Origin: Macrostomum lignano
Lineage: Eukaryota
Reading direction: 5' to 3'
DNA length: 64,000 nt
Assembly: GCA_002269645.1 (NCBI GenBank)
Contig: NIVC01003709.1
Location: 1-64,000 of the forward strand
In this document: one piece after another, positions 13,401-23,052 of the stretch
Position numbering within the stretch: position 1 is the stretch's first letter
Layout of the letters: each line of letters opens with the position of its first letter
Position numbers and translations under genes: made by a program
The notes under the pieces: model-generated
Told to the model about the DNA's origin: nothing
The model's input: the letters and a program-made list of their open reading frames with translations, nothing else
Databases searched by the model: none

Positions 13401-16400
13401 CGGAAGGGCATTTTATAATAGCTGTTCAGAATTTCTAAGAATCAGCTCTGCGATATCTTAGACATGGGGGGGCAGGTTTACGAGCATTGCTTGTACATAG
13501 TATAAGGCACCCCCATAGTCTAGCATTAGCATAGCTTGGCTCTGTATATGCAATAACCCGAAACCATTAGTTTGCTCAAAGCAGAGAGATAACAGGAGAC
13601 GAGACACCCACTATGCGTGAAGCGGGCGCAACCCGAAAGGAGAGACGAAAGAAGCAGTTTAATATGAGACACGACGCCAGATTAAATGTACACCCCTCCT
13701 CGCTCTCCTTACTCTAATTCATTTCTTGCTCTCTGTTATGCTATCGGCGTGTTTTGTTACGCCCAAAACCGGCGGCAGAGAAGCAGGCAGCAGGAGTCAT
13801 AAACTGCATGCTGAGACGCTTTCAGACCGCTCTATTCTATATATATATATATATATATAGCTAAATTTGTTGCTGTCTTTCTATAAGGAGCGTCGAATTA
13901 AATAAAACAAAATAATCAATCAACCAACTCACTGCCAATCTGCTTGCCGAGCTTCTTTTCGTTATTAAGCCAGAACTGAAACAAATGCAGTTTTGATGCA
14001 AACCTGTTAGACAGAATCTAGAATGCATAGATCGATACAATAGTTTGTACGTGTATTTTAGACTCTAGAGCCTAATAGTTTCTCAAGTCTATAGAGGGAT
14101 ACCTGAGTCTATAGTTTAGCCTCTAGAGACTAGAGATGATTTATGGAATCTGATGATTATGATGATTTACGTCTATAGATTCTATAATCTCTAGTTGATC
14201 TGAGTCACTAAATGTATCCCAGAATATCTTGATAGATCCTACAGTCTATCGATAAAATTGCAACGAAACTTTTTTCTAGATGGATTCTAAAGACTCTAGA
14301 TGGATTCTAAAGACTCTAGATGGATTCTGAAGACTCTAGATGGATTATAAAGACTCTAGATGGATTCCGAAGCCTCTAGATGGATTCTAAAGACTCTAGA
14401 TGGATTCCGAAGACTCTAGATGGATTCTAAAGACTCTAGATGGATTCTAAAGACTCTAGATGGATTCCGAAGCCTCTAGATGGATTCTAAAGACTACAGA
14501 TGGATTCTAAAGACTACAGATGGATTCTAAAGACTACAGATGGATTCTAAAGACTACAGATGGATTCCGAAGTCTCTAGATGGATTCTAAAGACTCTAGA
14601 TGGATTCTAAAGACTCTAGATGGATTCCGAAGCCTCTAGATGGATTCTAAAGACTACAGATGGATTCTAAAGACTACAGATGGATTCTAAAGACTACAGA
14701 TGGATTCCGAAGTCTCTAGATGGATTCTAAAGAGGATTTTAAAGATTATAGATAGATTCCGAAGCCTCTAGATGAATTCTAAAAAAGAGTATAGATGGAT
14801 TTTAAAGCCTCTAGGTGAATTCTAAAGACTATAGATGAATTCCGAAGCCTCTAGATGGATTCCGAAGCCTCTAGATTAATTATAAAGCCTCTAGATGGAT
14901 TCAGAAGCCTCTAGATTAATTTTAAAGCCTCTAGATGGATTCAGAAGCCTCTAGATGGATTTTAAAGCCTCTAGATGGATTCCGAAGCCTCTAGATTAAT
15001 TATAAAGCCTCTAGATGGATTCAGAAGCCTCTAGATGGATTCAGAAGCCTCTAGATGGATTCAGAAGCCTCTAGATGGATTTTAAAGCCTCTAGATGGAT
15101 TACAAAGCCTCTAGATTAATTATAAAGCCTCTAGATGGATTTTAGATAACTCCTAGGGCAGTCAGATAATTTCAAGACTATTTAGCTCGTAGGCACTTTC
15201 TAAAATTTCAGGGTTTTAGTCTAACCAGAATCCCTAGATTCGTTTTTCGTCTATAGATCTAATATCAGTCGCTTCATGGACATAGACTAGATGCCTACTA
15301 GAGCGATCTCTGAGTCAAGGGTCTCAAGATCTATAGACTGCTGAGCTAGTTCAATTAAAAGCACACTCTAACTGAAGTGTTAAATGCACTCACAAACATC
15401 TGGCTGGAGTCGCGGAAGCACAGGCCGAAGTACTCCTTCTCGTGAAGGCCAGCGCCACGCAGACCTCGTCAAACAGATCCGTTGGCTTGCCATTGGGCTG
15501 TGTTGAGTGGGAAAATGGAGGAAAAATAATAAAATTACCAATTGCATAAAATATATCCTTGTACATTTTTTGCTTTATAAAGTTACTAACGCTACATATC
15601 GGCGTTTGGAGCTAAATAAGTATCATGTAGTTTAATTGAACGCGGAACTGCGTTGTTTAAAATAAGCAAGGAATCTTTGAACATTGGGAGTAAAGTATAA
15701 CAATTTCCATTTCGAGATTTACATGCAGTTGGACTATGTGAAAAACTGGACAGATTTTAATGCTGAAATATGCGACTTAAGCCCAGACAGATTATTCTGT
15801 AACTGCGCATTTTCAGCCCCGCATAGCAGTCCAAAGCTAAATAGCTATTTTATTAGCTATTTTATTTTATTGCACCAAAATAAATTAGAAATTATTGCTA
15901 GACATGTGAAAATTAGAAGATTAGATTCTTATAAAATAAAAGACCACTTTAAAAAATACAAAACAAAAGCAGAATTTAGTTTTGCTCAGTTCTGGTCTCA
16001 AATTTTACTTTAGAAATGACTCTAGAGAAAATGAAATTTTTATTTCTAAGGCTTGTAGCCCAGTGGTCAGAGCGTCGGACTCACGACTGAAACGTCGCGG
16101 GTTCGATTCCCGACCCACTTGGGACTATTTGTGTCATTGAGCAAGACACTTAACTCTGCATTGCTTCAGTTCACCCAGCTGTAAAATGGGAGCCAGCATT
16201 AGCTGGGGTAATTGAGGCTGTGTGTGGCGACCCCCAGTCCTTGGACTGAGCAGTTGTAAACAGCCTTCAGCAGCCTTCAGTGAAGGTGTGTAATTCATTA
16301 ATATTATTATTAGGCACTAAATTGACAAAATCTCACCTTCTGGAGTTCATTATTGGAGGGTGACTACGTTCAAAGCAAATTTGGATTTTTTAAACGGATT

Positions 16401-16906
16401 TTTCAATTAATGGCTCTTTTCACGGCGCTGAGTGGGGTTTGGCCATAGACAAATCCGTCCAGACAAAACACTGCAGAGACAGGAGCAGCTGCAATTTTGC
16501 CGCAACTTTGCTTGCTTGCCGGTCTCCGGCAGCAGTTCATGAAAAAGCAGCTTGATAAACTTTTGAGCGCAGCTCGGACAAAACACGAGATTATACTTAC
16601 TATATCTTGTCCCCTAGAGATAAACTGGACACTCACATCAACATCGAATGTGTGCACCGAGCCGTCCAGCATCACCACCTCGATGGGCTTCAGCTTGCCG
16701 GAGGGCTTGGCCGGCCGGCTGGCCGTGTTGTAGGACTGCTGCGACTGCATAGTGCCGGACTGATAAAACGGCACGCCCTTGTCCCGCAGGGTATAATAGT
16801 CCTTCTTGGACATTGTGCTCTCGAACTCGGCATTCCGACCAGTGGCACCCCGGCCGTCGAGGGGCAGAGTGGACGACTGCATGGTGGCGCTGCCGTGATC
16901 AGACAT
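1758..16906 (-). CDS. Band 4.1/coracle-type FERM protein fused to two tandem DDX1-type SPRY domains (multi-exon, ~900 aa; 3' end uncertain)
   Basis: Exons: 16906-16637, 15497-15394, 13975-13933 (FWLNNEKKLGKQIG), 9035-8803 (FMVKFYPPDP..LTRYYMALQIRQ..LPCSF), 8451-8005 (ELHRTH..YGVDLH..INRFSWPKILKVSYK..AKRLWR..VEHHGFFR), 7820-7666, 4492-4059, 3652-3116, 2354-~1860/1758. All junctions are GT-AG. Phases match except for a 1-nt deficit in exon 15497-15394 and a phase mismatch at 8803/8451. Confidence 0.75.
2610..3070. repeat. 32-bp minisatellite (intron)
   Basis: GCAGCCGCTACTTCCAATGGATTCTTCCACAG, ~14 copies. Confidence 0.97.
3697..3988. repeat. 20-bp minisatellite (intron)
   Basis: CTCTGCTCTACACCTCTCCA, grading into a variant unit along the array. 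Confidence 0.97.
4618..4982 (-). mobile_element. tRNA-derived SINE, second family
   Basis: On the minus strand: TAGCCCAGCGG A box, GGCTCGATTCC B box and an (AAT)n tail. A related 5'-truncated copy lies at ~26210-26440 (+). Confidence 0.7.
5089..5406. repeat. 41-bp minisatellite (intron)
   Basis: CCCGCACTGTGTGACCTCAATCGACCCCTGTTCTCCTCAGT, ~7.5 copies. Confidence 0.96.
6205..7537. repeat. 13/15-bp minisatellite (intron)
   Basis: TGACACCCTGGCTC(TC), ~1.3 kb. Confidence 0.97.
7666..16906 (-). CDS. FERM N, M and C lobes plus linker (exons 1-6 of the gene above)
   Basis: Typical protein 4.1 motifs: VVMLDGS, EKEYFGL, FWL, VKFYPPDP, LPCSF, ELH, YGVDLH, FSWPKILKVSYK, EHHGFFRL. Confidence 0.93.
8523..8674. 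mobile_element. hAT-type MITE (152 bp) in a FERM intron
   Basis: CAGGGGT...ACCCCTG termini with a perfect 8-bp TSD TTCTAGAT (8515-22 / 8675-82). Confidence 0.85.
9113..9858. repeat. 34-bp minisatellite (intron)
   Basis: CAGTGCCCCTGCAGCAATACCCTCCGTGATACTT, ~22 copies. Confidence 0.96.
10836..12527. repeat. 20/21-bp minisatellite (intron)
   Basis: ATGATGAATGAACAGTTGATA, ~80 copies. Confidence 0.97.
14275..15145. repeat. 20-bp minisatellite (intron)
   Basis: GATGGATTCTAAAGACTCTA and variants. Confidence 0.96.
16050..16310 (+). mobile_element. tRNA-derived SINE with a CORE-like central block
   Basis: A box TAGCCCAGTGG and B box GGTTCGATTCC, then GAGCAAGACACTTAAC..CAGCTGTAAAATGGG (MIR/CORE-like) and an AT-rich tail. 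Confidence 0.75.
16420..16590. mobile_element. Dispersed foldback-like repeat, partial copy 1 (FERM intron 1)
   Basis: Core sequence only, matching the copies at 23.5 kb and 28.3 kb. Confidence 0.75.
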
Positions 16907-19838
16907 GGCTTATATGCGACTGGGCGACTGGGGCGGTGCCCTGCTTGCGGGGTTGGGTTGGCAATAATATGCTATTTTAGTTTTGCACATTAATAGACTG
17001 TAAATATAATTTAATCAAACAGTGTATACAGTGTGCTATCAAAGAGTTAGACAAATACTTCAAGCTGCTTTTATAAAGAAGAAATGGGTGGATTTTTTAA
17101 ATGCAATGATACGAAATTATAAAACTTCCTAGGCGAGTAATGGTGTATAAAAATAAAAAGATCAAACAAAAATAGAGAAATAAGAACAGTAATATCTTCC
17201 AGCTTTTTAAAGTATGAAAATACAGATACTAAACATTAGTGTATTCTATTTACCAGAACACACATTAGAACATGTGTAAAACAACTATGAAAGAAGCTGC
17301 TCATATATGGTATTACTCAAGATTCATAATTTAAATTTTAGATTAATTTTTATGGAGGGAAGTTTTTCATAAACTTCGAAAGCGCTTTAGTCGGTTGCAT
17401 GATTATTTTTTAGAATAATTTTGTTGTTTACTAAACTTCAAAATTAATAAACATGATTAATTAACTACTTGCTGGGTATAGGAACTTAAAATTACAAGAA
17501 AGTAAATAAACATAGCTTCCTGTTCTAATGTTGATAGCACGCACAAATTTTACTATTAAATGTGGGATTAGATTTGAATACTTTATAAAGAAAAAAATAT
17601 ATATGAAAATAAGTAAGATACTCACCGTAAATTATGCGAAATGAAATAACTAAATTGGAAGAAAACTATTTGGAACTAGCTGCGCCAAAGTACTGAAGAA
17701 CTTTCAGTATATGGGCTGACTAAAATAAGCTGACTAAAGATTGCGGTTTTCCTGGATTGACGCGGAAGTCGAAAAATTTATAGAACGCTAGCGTGCCTAT
17801 CAACGACAAATAACGAGATAAATTAAACCCGGAATTTTTTGAACATATTGAGTTCAACGAAACTAAATTAAAGAAAACATTTGGGAAGAAGTGAAATACT
17901 TAATAAAACTATAATATAATTTAAAAGCACAAATAGGATGTAAATAAAGCCTTTTCGTGCTACAAAATTATCCGAAACAGAATTTTAATGCCTTAAATAC
18001 TCCTATGGGCATATTGCGTTCCAATAATTACTTGAAATCGATGGAACAAATCAATTGGATTTAATTTTTTCCCCAAAAATTTATGAATATGACAATACCA
18101 TCGCCACGCTGCACAAATTTCCATAGTGAAAAGTTTTGTTTCTGTACTTCTTCAATATTATGTCGTGCAGAAGATTCTTCTTCAAAATGTCGTGCAGAAG
18201 ATTCATATACATGTATATTAACAGGTTTATTTTTCAATTCTGACCAGTGAATCGTGATCACTATAGTTCTTTTGAATGAATGTATCTATCGAACCGTCAT
18301 GTAGTTCTGCATAAAAATAAGATAAATTTGTTTTGGCTGACCAGACTTCACGCAAGTGTAGTAGACGTATGGACGACTTACATTTGCATGTGTGTATATA
18401 GCGCTATAAATGTGGGGGTTTTGTGTTTCGACGCTGTAAATTGCATTATACTCAAAATCATATTTTAATTACACTAGGGTTTGGTAGCATGCGCAAATTT
18501 TGGCTTATATTCGTTGAGGGTTCGCGTGACCTCGGACGTCAAGATCATTGACGAAATTGCTAATTAATCGCTTTTTCGTATTAAATGGCCTGTTTAAGAC
18601 GTGGCAAAATTATATCCTGATTATCAACTTGAACTTTTCCTGCTTTTGCTTCGTAAGCGAAGCTTTAAACGACGGAGCATCCGCTGATAGACTCACTTGA
18701 ACAGCAAGTTGACTAGCTGCTGCTGCCGACGCTGCAGGCACCCCACCGGCAGAGACAGGCGCGCCTGCGTTTTTTATGAACCAACAGCCTATGTTGTTGC
18801 TGTTGTAAAGCAAGCATTTCTGAAAATAAACAGAACATAATAAATACTGCAGGATTTAGAAGTCAAGCTACGTGGCTACGTGGCTGTTTTTTAAGAATGA
18901 CAACCAGGCGATTTATATTGACAGTTTGATGGATGGACAATCGGATGGTTGTGAGCGTGAGATAATAAAACTATAAATATTAAAAGCAGACAGTTGGTTG
19001 TACTGTTACAAAAAAGAAACGCAGCGCACAACAAAGTAGAATAAAATGCCGCAGAAGTCTCGATCAGATCGAACTAGAGTTAGAAATTGAGGAGTTATCC
19101 CTAGTAATTATTTCAGTGCCTCATAAATTACTTCATAAAGACACCAGAACTGTCGGTTTTGACCATAGACAAGTTTTCATGAAGTCTAAGGAACCCCTTC
19201 CGTGGAAGAGACACTACTGATTTGGCCATAGATATATGCAAGAGCTCTATTATATGCAAGACAGTTTAATACTGTAATAATACAAACCAATTTAATATAA
19301 AAATGCAGCATGTTTTGAGGTCTTTATAATGTCAAGCGATTGCTTTGGCATCATTAATTTTAAAAGCAAATATTTTTGTTTACTACTAATAGAGTATTAG
19401 ATACAATTTCATGGTTTTTTAACTGTAATAAACATAATTTTGCTTGCTCTTACTAACAGTAAAGTATTAAAGAATTGATTAAAATAAATTTTATACGCGT
19501 AATATTCTGCCATTTCTACTGTTAGCAGAATATCAATCAAATGCTATATATTCTAAATTGTATTTATATCTCTGAATTCATTGATTTTGAAGTTTTTTAT
19601 TTAGGAGAATTTCCTGGTAGTCCCGCATAAGCATCATCAAAATACCCGAGAGTTTATTACTCGTTATGTCTGTCCCCTACAAGGCCTAGTAGAAGAATCT
19701 TACGCAAATGCACGACGTTATCCATATGACATGAGCGGTCAAAAAAAGAAAAGCAACAACAAAAAACAGAACCAAAAAGTTAATAAAGGAACTATTAAGC
19801 ACTTCTCTATAGCACCGGGAGAACAATATAGGTGCATC

Positions 19839-19995
19839 AGAGTAGCTAGTCACTAGTAATCAGAGTAGCCAGATACCAGCAATACGAGTAGCTAGTCACT
19901 AGTAATCAGAGTAGCCAGATACCAGCAATACGAGTAGCTAGTCACTAGTAATCAGAGTATTTAGTTACTAGTAACCAGGGTAGCTAGTTATTAGT
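19839..19995. repeat. ~23-bp minisatellite, also present at 23015-23061
   Basis: AGTAGC(T/C)AGT(C/T)ACTAG(T/C)AAT(CAG/ACG) units occur on both sides of the gypsy remnant. Confidence 0.85.
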
Positions 19996-20077
19996 TGTTG
20001 CATATGCTGCATGCTATGCTGCATTATTCATAGATTTATTTTCTTCTAAAAGTAGTCTATGTGCCATCGGGGCAAAA

Positions 20078-23020
20078 TGTTACCGTACACCTTGTTTGCT
20101 AGAAACTTTAATGCCCTTAAGGGTAAAGAAATATAAGAGCGAGCTTCGTGCACATGCCAATTTGGAGCTGCTCAAATAACGCCCTCCTTCAATTCATAAA
20201 CCCAAGTGCCTTTGCGTTCTTCAACCGTAACATGGCGACGAGGAAAAGTCACTGGATTCACTGAAGAAGCTGTGTACTGACTACCTTACGTTCGCAGGAC
20301 TGATAACTCAGCCGCTGGATTTTCGACTTGGAGAATTGCCTCTTTCTTATCATGAGATTGAGCAGTATTTCAAAAGACTGCAGTTTTACTTGGTGGCTTC
20401 AGGGAAGCAAGCTCACTCCAAAGCAGTACTTCTAGCGACATGCGGAGACGCAGCCTTCACGCTGATAGAAGAGCTTGCAAAGCCAAAAGACATCACGAAG
20501 GACGAAGTAACGTTCGATGATATCCAGAGTTCGCTAACCGCACATTTTAAGCCCAAAACATTGCTTCACTATGAGAGACACGTGCTTCACTCCATGGTGC
20601 AAAAAGAGGGTGAATCGATTGCTACCTACATCGAATGTCTAAAGCGCCAAGCCAACAAATGCAGATTCGGTGATCTCCGAGACGAACTAATTCTGTCGCA
20701 GTACATATTTGGCTTGCGGAATCAAGTGTTAAAGCAAAAGCTTCTTTCAAGAGAGGATGTCACTTTGGAAGGCGCGATACAAGAAGGTTTGCTGTCTGAG
20801 TCGATTAGGATGGCAACAAGCAAGCCGGATACAATCGCGGCGGTACAGAAGAAGAGTCATTCCGGATGGGTGAGACCAGAGAAGACGCCTGCCCACAAGC
20901 AGCAGCACAGTTTGGACAACCGCAAAGGACCGACAAAGCCTCGTGAAACTGGTCACTGCCACACATGCGGAAAAGCAGGACACGTCAGGTCAAAGTGCCG
21001 ATTTCGGGATGCGCAGTGCCGAAAGTGTGGAAGGTTGGACACCTGGCAGCAGTTTGTCGCTCCAAGACCGTTAATGCTCTGCAGAACGTGTGCCGATCAG
21101 AGGATTCTAGCCATGGACATGTGGGAGCAATCTACGCGACAACTGACATCGGAGATCGTCATTCAACGGCTATATTTATTGGCTATACTGGGAATGGATT
21201 TCCTATCGCGCCTGGACATACTACACATCGACGGAAGCATTTCAGAAGATCTTTGAAGATCTTTGATGCAAATTCGAGATTTCTCGCAAGTTTCCGCCTC
21301 CGCTCAGATGCTAGAACGGACGGCATGCGATATCCTGCCAGATCTCTGCCCTTTTCGATGAAGTCTATGGTTGAGACTGAGCTCAAGCGACTGCTAAATG
21401 CAGGCATTATATATCCAGTGGAAGACCCAGACGTTTCTGCGCCAATTGTTCCAGTTTTAAAGCAGCAAGGCTCAACGAGACCAATACGTCTATGCGGCGA
21501 CTACTCAGTCACGCTTAATCGCATAATCGATGCCGATCGCTACAAGCTTCCAAAGCTAGAAGAAATCCTTTCTAAAATTCCTAATGCCAAGTACTATTCA
21601 GTCTTGGATTTGGAAGACGCGTTTCTTTAAGTTGCGCTTTCGCCTGAGAGCCAGAAACTTACCTGCATCTCTACGCACCTGGGCCACTTCGCTTTCAAAA
21701 ATCTTCAGTTCGGAATTTCCGCAGCACCATTAATATTCCAAGAAGTCATGGATGATGTGCTCAGAAACGTAGAATGCACTGCTTCGTATCAAGACGACAT
21801 AATAATCGGAACTCCCGGAGACCGACAACAATACATGCTGGTGCTAAACAAGGTAAAGCAACGTTTGGCTGACAATGGGTTCAAAATTAACGCCCGCAAG
21901 TCACAGGAATGCTTAAAAAGCGTCAAGTTTCTCGGGTTCATTCTCCACAACGGCAAGCTCGAGCCTGATCCAGCGAGAATAGAGGCATGGGAAAATATGC
22001 CAGATCCCGCGGATAAAGACCAATTAAAAAGCGCCTTGTGTACTCTTCGACACTACGGCCTGTTCTGCAAGAATTTTTCTATCATTGCTCGACCATTGTA
22101 TTCATTATTGAAGAAAGGACAGCACTGGTTCTGGAACAAAGAACATTCACAGGCCTTCACGAGATTGAAGCAAAGTATTCGACAAGGAGCAATAACTGCT
22201 TACGACTCGTCCAAGCGTCTGTTTCTGACTTGTGATGCGTCAAAGGATGGATTGGGGTTCGTGCTCTCTCATGACAGAGAGCAGAGACAGATTGTTTGGC
22301 TCGGAAGCAGAGTGCTCACACCCGCAGAGGGCAATTATGCAAATATCGAACGAGAGGCGCTGGCTATCGTCGAAGGAGTTAAGTATTTCCACCAGTTTCT
22401 CGCCGGAAGAAGATTTACTATTCTATCAGACCACAGACCGCTTCAGTTCATTTTCGATCACAATAAATCGTCTGAGCGTGTTTCCGCCAGGCTTCAACGC
22501 TGGTCGCTCATTCTACGAGCGTATGACTACAAGATCGAATATTCCAAAGACGATTCGATGTACGCCGCTGATACTCTGTCGCGACTTCCAAGTGGCAATT
22601 GTATAACGAAGGAATCCGTCAACCTACTGTCAATAAATGCCCAGGACACCTTTGCGAATTCCGAAGATCTACTGCGTCGAATTGCTAAGACGAATGACTG
22701 CCATCTGCAGACACTGAAGCATTACATTCAGGATGGATGGCCGGAGTACTTACCGAAAGTCATGCTGCCTTACTCAAAAGGAAAGCTTGAGTATACTATA
22801 CAGAATGGCATTGTGTTTAAAGGATTCAAGCGGATTGTACCACCCAGTGATTTAGGAACGGAAATTTTACACCTGCTGCATGAAAATCACCCCGGGAGTT
22901 GTGCGCATGATTCGCTTGGCACGACAGTATTTCTGGTGGCCAGGAATCGACACGCAGATAAACAGTTTCGTTCAAAGGTGTGCACAGTGTCAGCTTCACG
23001 CAAGAAAGCGAACTGCCAGT
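20078..23020 (+). mobile_element. Defective, 3'-truncated Ty3/gypsy LTR retrotransposon
   Basis: 5' LTR TGTTAC..GTAACA (20078-20232) followed by a PBS-like TGGCGACGAG. Gag has CCHC knuckles, RT has RLCGDY and YQDD, and RNase H has CDASKDG and IEREALA. Lesions: a frameshift near 21040, most of the protease missing, a stop at 21628-30, and the integrase cut after HENHPG. No 3' LTR was seen. Confidence 0.93.
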
Positions 23021-23052
23021 TACTAGCAATACGAGTAGCCAGTTACTAGCAA

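Noticed and set aside
16050-16125. Possible tRNA gene
   Set aside because: It has A and B boxes but no acceptor-stem closure, and it continues into a SINE CORE-like body.
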